From Candidatus Omnitrophota bacterium (GTDB lineage: Bacteria; Omnitrophota; Gorgyraeia; Zapsychrales; Zapsychraceae): a DNA stretch of 64,000 bases. The notes beneath the pieces were generated by a model. That model ran no database searches. It was not told the origin of the DNA and worked only from the letters and a program-made list of their open reading frames with translations. How positions within the stretch are numbered: position 1 is the stretch's first letter; each line of letters opens with the position of its first letter. The DNA is taken from the NCBI GenBank assembly GCA_029261055.1, contig JAJDCA010000066.1, forward strand, positions 157 to 64,156, in the 5' to 3' direction. The position numbers and the translations under genes were made by a program. Below are positions 8,625-18,775 of the stretch, in pieces.

Positions 8625-9719
8625 ATGCAAGCAACTCTTCAAAAAACTCCACTCTATGACAATCACACATCACTCGACGCGCGTATCGTGGAGTTTGGTG
8701 GCTGGGCGATGCCGGTGCAGTATGACGGTATTCTGGCGGAATATAAACAGACACGAACACACACGGCATTATTTGATATTTCTCATATGGGAGAATTTAT
8801 TATGGAAGGGGATTGTGTAGAAATCGGTTTAGATCGTCTTGTCACATCAGCCATTGCTGATATGCCGATTAAATCCTGCCGATATGGCGCTATGCTGAAT
8901 GAACAAGGAGGGGTATTGGATGACCTCATTGTTTTTCGTATCGAAAAAGAAAAATGGTTTATCGTGGTCAATGCCTCGACGACAGAAAAGGATGCACAAC
9001 ATATTCAAAAACACCTTAAGCCAGGCACAACCTTCCAAGATGTTTCTTTAAAAACAGGGAAAATTGATATTCAAGGGCCGTTAGCTCGCGAAGTCCTTAG
9101 CCCTTTAGCTCCGGGCATCGAAAAACTAAACTTCTACACATTTGATCATTTTGATTTATTAGGACAACATGTTCTTATCAGCCGCACCGGATACACCGGC
9201 GAACTCGGCTATGAAATTTATTTCCCGTGGGAACACACGCCGGAACTTTGGCAAAAACTTTTAGAACACAAACACGTCAAACCGGCAGGCCTGGGAGCAC
9301 GTGATCTTCTTCGTCTTGAAGTCGGATATAGCCTGTACGGACACGAACTTGATGAAAACACTTCGGTGTTAGAATCCGGGCTTAATCGTTTTATTGATTT
9401 TAAAAAAAATTTTTTCGGTAAGGAATCTCTTTTAAAACAAAAAGAGTCAGGGTTAAAAAGAAAACTGATTGGATTTATAGCTGATTCTCGTCGATCTCCA
9501 CGGCAAGGACATAAAATTTATTCCGAATCTCAAGACGAAATAGGGGAGGTCACCAGCGGTTCCTTTTCACCCCATTTGCAAAAAGGAATCGGTTTGGGTT
9601 TTGTCTTGACTGAAGAAGGCATCCGTGATAAAAAAATTTTCTTTGGCAATGACAAAAATAAAATACCCGCTATAATTACGCCAAAAATATTTTATAAAAA
9701 CGGATCATTAAAAGATTGA
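8625..9719 (+). CDS. gcvT: glycine cleavage system T protein (aminomethyltransferase)
   Basis: 364 aa. Typical GcvT N-terminus (TPLYDNH...ARIVEFGGWAMPVQY) and domain layout. First gene of gcvT-H-PA-PB. Confidence 0.9.
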   Translation: MQATLQKTPLYDNHTSLDARIVEFGGWAMPVQYDGILAEYKQTRTHTALFDISHMGEFIMEGDCVEIGLDRLVTSAIADMPIKSCRYGAMLNEQGGVLDDLIVFRIEKEKWFIVVNASTTEKDAQHIQKHLKPGTTFQDVSLKTGKIDIQGPLAREVLSPLAPGIEKLNFYTFDHFDLLGQHVLISRTGYTGELGYEIYFPWEHTPELWQKLLEHKHVKPAGLGARDLLRLEVGYSLYGHELDENTSVLESGLNRFIDFKKNFFGKESLLKQKESGLKRKLIGFIADSRRSPRQGHKIYSESQDEIGEVTSGSFSPHLQKGIGLGFVLTEEGIRDKKIFFGNDKNKIPAIITPKIFYKNGSLKD

Positions 9720-9734
9720 ACTGGGAGAACGCAC

Positions 9735-10121
9735 ATGGAAATTATTGATCATTATCTTTATACCAAAGAACATGAATGGATTAACATTGAAGAAAATCAA
9801 GGTACCATTGGCATTTCAGAATATGCTCAGAGCTCATTAGGCGACATTACGTTTGTTGAATTACCGGCTGCTGATGACGAATTTGATCAAGCCGCTCAAT
9901 TTGCTTCCGTGGAATCCGTGAAAGCTGCTAGCGATATTTATTCACCAATGTCTGGAAAAATTATTGAAGTTAATGAAGATTTAGTCGAAGAACCAGAACT
10001 CATCAATAAATCAGCTTATGAAAACGGTTGGATTGCAAAAATAAAGCTTGCCGATCTCAGTGAGACCGAAGATCTTATGACGGCGGATGATTACCGTAAA
10101 TTTTTAGAAAGTATCGTCTAG
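9735..10121 (+). CDS. gcvH: glycine cleavage system H protein
   Basis: 128 aa. Lipoyl-lysine motif region ESVKAASDIYSPMSG and the Y.KEHEW N-terminus. Confidence 0.9.
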   Translation: MEIIDHYLYTKEHEWINIEENQGTIGISEYAQSSLGDITFVELPAADDEFDQAAQFASVESVKAASDIYSPMSGKIIEVNEDLVEEPELINKSAYENGWIAKIKLADLSETEDLMTADDYRKFLESIV

Positions 10122-10122
10122 T

Positions 10123-11463
10123 TTGAATCCCTACATCGCTAACACAAAAAACGACACAAAAGATATGCTGAAGGTCATTGGTGTAAATACCATCGATGAC
10201 CTTTTTGCCGATATACAACCTCACCAAAAGCCTAAGTCTTTTGATCTGCCAAACGGCCTATCTGAGTTTGAAGTCATCGAAAAAATTAAACGTATCGCCG
10301 AAAAAAATACGACCAACCTTATTTCGTTTTTAGGGGGAGGGTATTACGACCATTATGTGCCCGCCGCTGTAACAGCGCTCATTTCTCGAGGAGAATTTTC
10401 CACGGCGTATACGCCGTATCAGCCGGAATGTTCTCAAGGCACACTACAAGCCTTGTACGAATATCAAAGTGCTATTTGTACTTTAACTGAAATGGATGTG
10501 GCCAATGCATCACTCTACGACGGAGGGACAGCCCTTTACGAAGCGATTATGATGGCTATTCGTATTACACGACGAAAAAAAATTGTTATGGACGGCGGCG
10601 TAAGTCCTATCTATCGAAAAATTATCCATAGCTATACAAATAACTTAAATATTGAATTCAAAGAAACCCCTGTTGTGCATGGCCAAAGCGACCGCGATCA
10701 AATCAACAATCTCCTCGACAAAGACACAGCGGCCATTATTTTGCAAAACCCCAATTTCTTTGGTACCATTGATGATCATTCTGACATTATCCAAAAAGCA
10801 CATGAACAAGGTATATTAGTTATTGAAAGTGTTTATCCTGTTTCCCTGGGCATTGTCAAAACACCGGGCGAAATGGGGGTGGACATTGTCACCGGCGAAG
10901 GGCAAAGCCTGGGATTACCGCTTAATTTTGGCGGACCTTATCTTGGATTCATGTCCACGCGTAAAAAATATATCCGGAAAATGCCGGGACGTATTGTCGG
11001 TAAAACAATCGATAGCAGCGGAAAATCATGTTTTGTAAATACCTTGCAGGCACGGGAACAACATATCCGACGAGAAAAAGCGACCTCCAATATTTGCACG
11101 AATGTTTCTCTGTGTGCTGTACAATCTCTCATATATATGTCCTTATTGGGTAAACAAGGATTTGTTAATTTATCTCAACTCAATTTAGATAAAGCTGAAT
11201 TTATGCGCAAAACACTGGAAACGATAGAAGGGGTCGAGGTTAAACGCAGCTCCCCAACATTTAATGAATTCACCGTACGCCTTGCCAAAGAAGCGTCTGT
11301 CGTTATTAACGCTATGATTGAAAAAGGATTTGCCGCGGGCTTCCCGTTAGGACGCTATTATAAAGGAATGGAAAACTATATGATCGTGGCGGTGACCGAA
11401 AAACGAACCAAAGAAGAAATATTAAAATATGCGGAATGCTTGAAGGAAATTTTATCCCAATGA
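10123..11463 (+). CDS. gcvPA: glycine dehydrogenase (decarboxylating) subunit 1
   Basis: 446 aa. N-terminal half of a split P-protein (YTPYQPE, SQGTLQA motifs). Confidence 0.9.
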   Translation: MNPYIANTKNDTKDMLKVIGVNTIDDLFADIQPHQKPKSFDLPNGLSEFEVIEKIKRIAEKNTTNLISFLGGGYYDHYVPAAVTALISRGEFSTAYTPYQPECSQGTLQALYEYQSAICTLTEMDVANASLYDGGTALYEAIMMAIRITRRKKIVMDGGVSPIYRKIIHSYTNNLNIEFKETPVVHGQSDRDQINNLLDKDTAAIILQNPNFFGTIDDHSDIIQKAHEQGILVIESVYPVSLGIVKTPGEMGVDIVTGEGQSLGLPLNFGGPYLGFMSTRKKYIRKMPGRIVGKTIDSSGKSCFVNTLQAREQHIRREKATSNICTNVSLCAVQSLIYMSLLGKQGFVNLSQLNLDKAEFMRKTLETIEGVEVKRSSPTFNEFTVRLAKEASVVINAMIEKGFAAGFPLGRYYKGMENYMIVAVTEKRTKEEILKYAECLKEILSQ

Positions 11464-12911
11464 AACTCATATTTGAAAAAAGTGTAGAAGGTCGGCAAGG
11501 TTTTGGAATCCCTCAATCAGATGTCGGCCCGCAAGAGGGCATCCCCGAAAAATATAAAAGGGAAAAGCCTGCTTGCTTTCCTGAAGCTTCTGAACTTGAT
11601 ATTGTCCGTCATTTTACCGACTTAGCCCATAAAAATTTTTCCATTGATACGCATTTTTATCCTTTGGGGTCGTGTACAATGAAATACAATCCTAAATTTG
11701 CCGATGTTGTTACACAAATTCCAGGATTTGCTAATTTACATCCTCTTTTACCGCAATTAACCAAAGGAGAAACACTATCCCAAGGGGCCATTGAAGTACT
11801 TTATGAAACAGAACAATGGCTGTGTGAAATGACAGGAATGGATCATTTTACCATGCAACCTTTAGCCGGCGCGCATGGAGAATTGACCGGTGTTATGATG
11901 ATGGCAGCCTATCATAAAGCCAAAGGCAATCAAAAAACCCATATTATTGTTCCGGATTCTTCCCATGGAACCAATCCGGCCACAGCCGCCATTGCCGGAT
12001 ATAATATCGTAGCAGTCCCATCCGATGAAAACGGGGTTATGAATATGGAAGAATTAGCCAAGCGTATTACCGATGAAACAGCCGGTCTTATGTTAACGTG
12101 TCCCAATACACACGGTATCTTTAATTCTAATATTGATAAAATCGCCAAAATGATTCACGCCGTCGATGGCATTATGTATTATGATGGCGCCAATCTCAAT
12201 GCTATTTTAGGACGCTGCCGTCCAGGAGATATTGGCTTTGATGTCATTCATATTAATGTGCATAAAACATTTGCCACACCGCACGGAGGGGGTGGTCCTG
12301 GAGCAGGTCCTGTGGGCGTGACAAAAAAATTGGAGCCTTATTTACCCATTTCCCGCGTTGTCAAACATGAAAATGGCCAATTTGGACTCGATTACGATTA
12401 TCCACATTCCATAGGTTATGTGGCCCCTTTTTATGGTAATTTTGGAATTATTTTGCGCGCCTATGCGTATATGCTGATGTTAGGCCAAGAGGGCCTTAAA
12501 CAAACAAGTAATCATGCCGTTTTGAATGCCAATTATATTAAGGAACGTTTAAAAGAACATTATGCTTTGGCGTATGACCATATATGCATGCATGAATCCG
12601 TTTTTTCTGCATCCCTACAAGCTCAAAGAGGTGTACACGCGATCGACATTGCCAAATTTTTAATTGATAAAAACATCCATCCTCCAACCATTTATTTTCC
12701 CTTAACTGTTAAAGAGGCCATTATGATTGAACCAACAGAAACAGAGTCCAAAGAAACGCTGGATGAATTTATTGAAACCATGATTGAAGCTGATTCTTTA
12801 AGTAAAACTGATCCCGATAGCTTTCACAACTGCCCACAATCCACTCCGATTAACCGCCCTGATGAAGTCAAAGCTGCCAAAGAGATGAATACGAATTATT
12901 TTGCATCATGA
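11460..12911 (+). CDS. gcvPB: glycine dehydrogenase (decarboxylating) subunit 2
   Basis: PLP-lysine region NVHKTFATPHGGGGPGAGP. I chose the ATG at 11460 (ATGA overlap with the gcvPA stop, N-terminus MKLIFEKS) over the in-frame upstream ATG at 11436. Confidence 0.9.
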   Translation: MKLIFEKSVEGRQGFGIPQSDVGPQEGIPEKYKREKPACFPEASELDIVRHFTDLAHKNFSIDTHFYPLGSCTMKYNPKFADVVTQIPGFANLHPLLPQLTKGETLSQGAIEVLYETEQWLCEMTGMDHFTMQPLAGAHGELTGVMMMAAYHKAKGNQKTHIIVPDSSHGTNPATAAIAGYNIVAVPSDENGVMNMEELAKRITDETAGLMLTCPNTHGIFNSNIDKIAKMIHAVDGIMYYDGANLNAILGRCRPGDIGFDVIHINVHKTFATPHGGGGPGAGPVGVTKKLEPYLPISRVVKHENGQFGLDYDYPHSIGYVAPFYGNFGIILRAYAYMLMLGQEGLKQTSNHAVLNANYIKERLKEHYALAYDHICMHESVFSASLQAQRGVHAIDIAKFLIDKNIHPPTIYFPLTVKEAIMIEPTETESKETLDEFIETMIEADSLSKTDPDSFHNCPQSTPINRPDEVKAAKEMNTNYFAS

Positions 12912-13615
12912 TTCTCAAAGACATTTCATTTTCAACTCCTCACGAAAATATCGCCTATGATGATACCCTTTTGAAATTGGCTGAAGAAGGGCAAGAGGGA
13001 GAGGTTCTACGATTTTGGGAATCGCCCGAAATGTTCGTTGTCCTGGGACGTATTTCCAAAGAAGAAGAGGATGTCGATAAAGAAGCCGTTACACGCGATA
13101 ATATCCCCATTTTACGCCGCTCTTCAGGAGGAGGCACTGTTTTACAAGGCCCCGGATGCCTCAATTATACGTTAATCTTATCCAAAAAATGCCGCCCAGA
13201 AGTGGCTGATTTAAAAAAATCGTATCAATATATTCTTAATAAAATCATCGCCGCCTTAGAAACCCTGGGTGTAGAGGCCTTTTTTCACCCCATATCAGAC
13301 ATAACCGTAAACAGACCCCGGGGGTCTGTTTCAACGGTTCAAACCAAAACAGACCCCCGGGGTCTGTTTACGGTTCCATTAAAAATATCAGGAAACGCCC
13401 AAAAAAGAGGACGAAACTATATTTTGCATCATGGAACCATTCTGTATGACTTTAACCTTAAAAATATCGAAAAATATCTTAAAATACCTAAAAGCATACC
13501 CGAATATCGGGAAAAACGTCCTCATCTGGACTTTGTAACGAATATCGCACTTTCAGTCACAAGTCTTAAACAAGAGGTTCAAAAACAATTTGATCAATCT
13601 GATGAAAAAAATTGA
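12908..13615 (+). CDS. lipoate-protein ligase / octanoyltransferase family (BPL_LplA_LipB catalytic domain)
   Basis: 235 aa. RRSSGGGTVLQGPG and K-ISGNAQKR (catalytic Lys) motifs. Last gene of the gcv operon, overlapping the gcvPB stop. Contains an in-frame palindromic insertion (see repeat at 13305-13373). Confidence 0.7.
   Translation: MILKDISFSTPHENIAYDDTLLKLAEEGQEGEVLRFWESPEMFVVLGRISKEEEDVDKEAVTRDNIPILRRSSGGGTVLQGPGCLNYTLILSKKCRPEVADLKKSYQYILNKIIAALETLGVEAFFHPISDITVNRPRGSVSTVQTKTDPRGLFTVPLKISGNAQKRGRNYILHHGTILYDFNLKNIEKYLKIPKSIPEYREKRPHLDFVTNIALSVTSLKQEVQKQFDQSDEKN
13305..13373. repeat. 69-bp compound palindromic element inserted in frame inside the lipoate-ligase CDS
   Basis: ccgtaaacagaccccgggggtctgtttcaacggttcaaaccaaaacagacccccggggtctgtttacgg. 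The unit aaacagacccc|ggggtctgttt occurs twice and is self-complementary. 23 codons, no stop. Encodes NRPRGSVSTVQTKTDPRGLFTVP just before the catalytic K-ISGNAQ motif. Confidence 0.5.
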
Positions 13616-13942
13616 TTTAGAAATGAAAATATTTATCAATATTTTCTCTAAAAACAAACAAAACCTGCCCCAATCTGAGAAATTATGAAGTCTCTCTGAT
13701 TCCGATTCAAGAATACCCATTACAAATTTTTCTGACAATTTCTAAATCCCCCCCTCTTTGCGCAGAATTAGAAAAAAATTTCAAATAATTTTTTATTATA
13801 CGCATAACCATATGTTATTACTATAGTTAAAATTTATAAAGAATATTTCCTCGGTGGCAATTTACCCCTTCAATATGTTATATTTATTATACGTTGAAGA
13901 AAAGACTTTCTTCCTTTCTAAATATAGCAAAAAATCAAAAAA

Positions 13943-13957
13943 ATCGCCTACGCTGAT
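13943..13957. promoter_or_regulatory. near-palindromic operator-like site ATCGCCTACGCTGAT, 33 nt upstream of the giant-protein-1 start
   Basis: Near-identical (22/24 nt) to the motif aaaatcgcctacggcgataacc at 38558-38579 upstream of the histone-like gene. Confidence 0.35.
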
Positions 13958-13989
13958 AACCAAAATTACAGTACAGGAGAAAATAAGCC

Positions 13990-16900
13990 ATGCATATTTA
14001 CACAACAAAAAAACGATCAAATTTAATGTATCGAATCCTCTCAGCATTTATTGCAATAGTATTTTTAAGCACCACTATTGTGCCGCGAGGGTATACCCAA
14101 ACAGTGGTTTTACCAACAGCCACTATACTTAATTTACCTGTGCCGGGTACGATGGTAGGCATAACCGAAGGTTTTACACCTGCGATTATCAAAGGAATGA
14201 CGATTCATCCGGATAATCCTTTGGAATTTGATTTTATTGTGGGCCGCGGTGATAAAAATTTACAAGGAGATGATTTAAAAAAAGAAGGCATCAAAATAAT
14301 CAAATATTTTCTGGCTGCACTGACAACTCCTAAAGAGGACATGTGGGTAAACCTTTCCCCGTATGAAAAGAATCGTATTATTGCCGAAGGATTCGGACAA
14401 ACTGAAATGGGAGGAGATCTTTTATCTCAAGACTATCTTTTAAAACAGCTGACATCGTCATTAATGTATCCGGAAGATGAATTAGGCGGTGATTTTTGGG
14501 AAAAAGTGCATAAAAAAGCCTATGAACAGTTCGGAACAACCGATATTCCCATGAATACTTTTAATAAAATCTGGATTGTTCCAGAAAATGCCATGGTATA
14601 TGAGCATGAATCAAGCGCATTCGTAGTAGGCCGGCATTTAAAAGTGATGTTGGAGCAGGATTTTGTAGCTATGGATCATCAAAATTCTGGCATGCAAGGC
14701 ATAAAATTTGAGGTTACGACTGACAATATTGAACGAAAAAGCACGATAACTACGGAATTAATTCGTGAAATCCTTATCCCTGAGATTGAACGCGAGGTCA
14801 ATGAAGGTGAAAACTTTGCCAATTTACGTCAAATTTATAATTCTATGATTTTGGCTACATGGTATAAGCAAAACTTGAAAGAAAGTTTATTAGGACAAGT
14901 ATATATTGATAAAAATAAAATATTAGGCGTCGATGTGGAAGATAAAGATATCAAACATAAAATTTACAATCAATATATCCAGGCATTCAAAAAGGGCGTT
15001 TATAACTATATTAAGGAGGATTATGATTCTGTAACACATCAGGTCATTCCACGAAAATATTTTTCCGGAGGAACTTTATGGGTAAACGAAATTTCAGAAG
15101 TGGATAATTTAGAGGGCATTAACCTTAAACCTAAAATGATTCCTAATAAAACAGATGCTTCAATATTAACAAGTATTGTAGATGCAGGAGATGGTGCGGA
15201 TACGATTTATATTGAAGAAGTGATGAATCAATATGATGGCTCAATGTTAACCGTTCAGAGTGAGCTGGTTAGATTGAGAAATGATTTACCTTTAAATTTT
15301 TCTGGTAATTCGGATGAAATCATGGAAATTAAGAACTGGCCAAAGGTGGAACAGACAGTGAAAAACATCTCTGATGCTACCAAACAACTAATTCTTTTAT
15401 CAACAGTAAAAAATAACCTTTTTCGAGAATCAGTTCAAAAAGAAGTAGGTTTTATTTATGCCATTGCTTATTTCAGACAGCTTCTTCCGAATGATAAAAA
15501 GAAAGTTATAGAGGATTTTAATACATTGGGCCATAAGAATACTGCTGCGTGGTTAATGGAGAATAACAATTTGCATCTTGATGAATTAAAAGCCAAAATT
15601 CAGGACAAATTTGAAATTAATCTTAATCAAGAAACGGTAGAGTATATCAAAATGCATGATGAAACGGTGCGTCGATCAAGGGGGTTACGCTTAGCGGCAG
15701 ATTCTTTGAAAATATCTACCAGTGATCTTGATGTGATTTTCAAAAATCAAAGTTTGCTTGATGTTATTTTGGGATTACGCAAAGGAGCTGTTGTTGAAAT
15801 CCGACAACCTTTAAACAATTTAGAAAAAGTGCTACGACGGCTAAGATTGGCTGAAGGAGAGGCTATTCAATTTGTTCATCTTGGAAAAAATCAATATTAC
15901 GTCTATGAAGAACATCAGCTGAAACGGTTGGCGCAGGACAATGATTTAAATTATGGATTACACAGGAGTGGACTAAACCATTTGATCCAATTGGATATGG
16001 CAAAAAAACAAGGTATATTTTTTGAAGAAGCAAATAAAACAATTAATACAGATGCCCAAAAGAATATACATAGAATAAGCAGTTCCATCACTCTTTCAGA
16101 TACAAATAGAACTATGTATTTTGACGAAAAAGAAAAATTTTGGCGTGCTGATAAAACAGCCTCCCAGATTTTTGAAATTGAAAGAGTGGGAGCAGAACGA
16201 TCATATATTGCAACTATTCAAAGGGCAAAAGGATTTAAAAATGTTTTAGAATCCCAACTTGAAAATTTTTTAATATTTAATGTACAAACCCCAATCACCG
16301 TTATTGATGATTCTAACGAAACTGAACTTGAAATTAATATAAAGACAGTTAAAGAGTTTCAAAAAAAATATCAAATAGAAATTAAACATATAACAAAAAA
16401 AGAATGGGATGAAGAGTATGGATATTATGCAAAATATTTAAAGAAAACTTGGGAACAACAGCTAAATCAAGAAGTTTTACCTAACACTATTAAAGAATTT
16501 CTTTTAGAGACTGAAATTTTGCAAAAAAATATAATTAATGATGAAAAAATAGTCGAAGTCCTGCGTAGTCCAGAATTTTATCATACGTCCGGATTTCGAA
16601 ACAGACAATTTCTGATGGCTGTAGGGGAACCGATTATCCATGGATGGGATGACGATGCCCCTGCACATGTTTACGCGGTGACCGATAAAAAACGCGATCA
16701 ACTTCGCGAAGATGCCTTAAATGACAAAAAACCAATTATGCAGAACATGTTTCAAAAAGTTGGAAAAATGATTAACACAACCATTAAAAGTGAAAAAGCG
16801 TTCTATAAAGAACTCGCTAAGAACGATAATTATGACAACCCTAAAATCAAAGAGATTCTTGACAACTATTTTGGTTATGACCCCCAAGATGATCATAAAG

Positions 16901-18765
16901 GCTTAATTCCTCAAGCAGCAGAAGAAATAATTACATTGGAAAACAAAATGGATGGCATTAATCCTTATTCTGTCCAGAGGTATTCTCCTTTTATGCGAAA
17001 ATTCATTCCAAAACAAGCTCTTAGGATGGGAGACAATTATTCCCATAAACCTAGGATAAGTGATGATAAAGAAAATACATGTTGTATCATTATGCCGGCT
17101 AATCACCTGGGGCATTCCAGACGTGTTGGGCAAAGAATAGGGGATACTAATTTCTTCCTTGGGCAGGTTCCTTATAGGGGATTACTTAATACGCCTACAA
17201 ATAAAAATGAATCAAATGATTTAAAAGATCGCACTACCCATTTTCTGGGGCATGATTTTAATAATGACATCGATACGCAGGCCGGCAAACATTTGGAAGC
17301 TTATATTAATTCAGATGATCATCATATGAAACACATACAGCATACACATCAATCTGTTCTTTTGGTTGAGGGAGCTTTTGGTTTTGCTTCACTTCTTGGG
17401 TATCCTGTTTTTAATCGTAATTCAATGTTTGTGGGCGATTTTCCTCTGCCATCTTTGGGTGGACCGCTGCGTATTGAAGAACCCAAGATGTATCGATGGG
17501 TCGTCGGCCCATTGTTACTTAACACGGTAGCAGCTGCTAATGATAATATTGCAGGCGGACAAAAGCGTCATTTAGAAAATCGATTATATCGCAATTCTTA
17601 CCAAGACCTTACCGAAGTTGTGGGAGGGAACATTGCGGGTGATTTTTACGAAGCGGCCAAAGAGAAATATTACAAAATACTTCCAGAGAAATACAAAAAA
17701 GATTTATGGGGAGATTTATATAATCGACTTATCGTTTTAGCGAATGTTTTTCTTGAAGCTGGGACTGAAGTTAATTTAACAACCAAGCATAAAGAAAAGG
17801 CCTTAGAAGAACGTCAATTGAGAGCCCAATCCATTTCACGATTAGCATTAAAACGAAGCAAGAAAGTTATTAAATTAGAGAAAAATCCAGATGAAAATTT
17901 AAAACAGGAGATAAAAGATATTGATTTAATGATTCTCGACTATGCCGATCATTTTGGTTATTACGCTCCACAAAATACTAAAAATAAAAATTATAATCCG
18001 ATAAATCCTGAAGAAGATTATTTTTATAAAATCAAGGTTGATGGAAATTATTTAAAATGGCAAGCGGTATATCCTGATATGGAAGTCGCTGATCAGAATG
18101 GAGTTTCTTCAGTCAAGAGCAGTGAATGGAAAAATTTGCAAAAAAAATCAGGTGAAACCCGACTAAGTAATTGGGTAAAAGGAGAAACTATTTCTTTAGA
18201 AAATGGCCGGTCCATTCTTTTAGACGAACTGCCAGATAACGATATTGAAATAATTGTACCGGGCTTACGCTCCGACCTTGAAAAAGAATATTTAAAAGAA
18301 GTTCAACAAATTATTATAAAACAGCTTAAAGCCGATGGTAATCAAATGATTATCTGGCCAGATATGGTTGCAGCCGCTAAGCAAAGAAAAAAAGATTCCG
18401 CCATGGCAACAAAAAATGTAAAAAATAACCTTACTTTTAATACAAAACAGACTATAAATGAAGTCGGTGGTATCGATCTTAATCCTGATTTATTAAATTT
18501 ACAAATCAAACGTGATGGAAATGGCGTGCCGTTACCAGTAGCGATGCAGCCTATTGAAAATATGCATATTGAAGGGTTTTTCCCTATTATTATCAATATT
18601 ACACCTGTCAATCTTCCACTTCTTGGTTTTGGAGACACTCTTCCGAAAGAAAACTATCCCAAACCATCACCTGAACTCAGCTTTTGGGAAGAACAAGAGA
18701 GAAAAGCTTTTCTGAGAAGTAAATTAGGTGATAGAAATACACAACTAATACAAGAAAACACCTAA
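13990..18765 (+). CDS. giant secreted protein (1591 aa) with a conserved N-terminal domain of unknown function; paralog of 53880-57287
   Basis: Uninterrupted 4.8-kb ORF with a signal-peptide-like N-terminus (MYRILSAFIAIVFLSTTIV). The first ~350 aa are ~55-60% identical to the N-terminus of the 1135-aa protein at 53880 (LNLPVPGTMV...IKG...DPL.FDF; WVNLSPYE.NRII...GQTEMG.DLL.QDYLLKQLT.SLMYPE.ELG; IPRKYFSGG). The rest is unique and carries no domain I recognise. Confidence 0.7.
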   Translation: MHIYTTKKRSNLMYRILSAFIAIVFLSTTIVPRGYTQTVVLPTATILNLPVPGTMVGITEGFTPAIIKGMTIHPDNPLEFDFIVGRGDKNLQGDDLKKEGIKIIKYFLAALTTPKEDMWVNLSPYEKNRIIAEGFGQTEMGGDLLSQDYLLKQLTSSLMYPEDELGGDFWEKVHKKAYEQFGTTDIPMNTFNKIWIVPENAMVYEHESSAFVVGRHLKVMLEQDFVAMDHQNSGMQGIKFEVTTDNIERKSTITTELIREILIPEIEREVNEGENFANLRQIYNSMILATWYKQNLKESLLGQVYIDKNKILGVDVEDKDIKHKIYNQYIQAFKKGVYNYIKEDYDSVTHQVIPRKYFSGGTLWVNEISEVDNLEGINLKPKMIPNKTDASILTSIVDAGDGADTIYIEEVMNQYDGSMLTVQSELVRLRNDLPLNFSGNSDEIMEIKNWPKVEQTVKNISDATKQLILLSTVKNNLFRESVQKEVGFIYAIAYFRQLLPNDKKKVIEDFNTLGHKNTAAWLMENNNLHLDELKAKIQDKFEINLNQETVEYIKMHDETVRRSRGLRLAADSLKISTSDLDVIFKNQSLLDVILGLRKGAVVEIRQPLNNLEKVLRRLRLAEGEAIQFVHLGKNQYYVYEEHQLKRLAQDNDLNYGLHRSGLNHLIQLDMAKKQGIFFEEANKTINTDAQKNIHRISSSITLSDTNRTMYFDEKEKFWRADKTASQIFEIERVGAERSYIATIQRAKGFKNVLESQLENFLIFNVQTPITVIDDSNETELEINIKTVKEFQKKYQIEIKHITKKEWDEEYGYYAKYLKKTWEQQLNQEVLPNTIKEFLLETEILQKNIINDEKIVEVLRSPEFYHTSGFRNRQFLMAVGEPIIHGWDDDAPAHVYAVTDKKRDQLREDALNDKKPIMQNMFQKVGKMINTTIKSEKAFYKELAKNDNYDNPKIKEILDNYFGYDPQDDHKGLIPQAAEEIITLENKMDGINPYSVQRYSPFMRKFIPKQALRMGDNYSHKPRISDDKENTCCIIMPANHLGHSRRVGQRIGDTNFFLGQVPYRGLLNTPTNKNESNDLKDRTTHFLGHDFNNDIDTQAGKHLEAYINSDDHHMKHIQHTHQSVLLVEGAFGFASLLGYPVFNRNSMFVGDFPLPSLGGPLRIEEPKMYRWVVGPLLLNTVAAANDNIAGGQKRHLENRLYRNSYQDLTEVVGGNIAGDFYEAAKEKYYKILPEKYKKDLWGDLYNRLIVLANVFLEAGTEVNLTTKHKEKALEERQLRAQSISRLALKRSKKVIKLEKNPDENLKQEIKDIDLMILDYADHFGYYAPQNTKNKNYNPINPEEDYFYKIKVDGNYLKWQAVYPDMEVADQNGVSSVKSSEWKNLQKKSGETRLSNWVKGETISLENGRSILLDELPDNDIEIIVPGLRSDLEKEYLKEVQQIIIKQLKADGNQMIIWPDMVAAAKQRKKDSAMATKNVKNNLTFNTKQTINEVGGIDLNPDLLNLQIKRDGNGVPLPVAMQPIENMHIEGFFPIIINITPVNLPLLGFGDTLPKENYPKPSPELSFWEEQERKAFLRSKLGDRNTQLIQENT

Positions 18766-18775
18766 TAAAAAAACA

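Noticed and set aside
11436-11459. Upstream in-frame start for gcvPB
   Set aside because: The ATG at 11460 gives the typical MKLIFEKS N-terminus and an ATGA overlap with gcvPA. The eight extra codons are unsupported.
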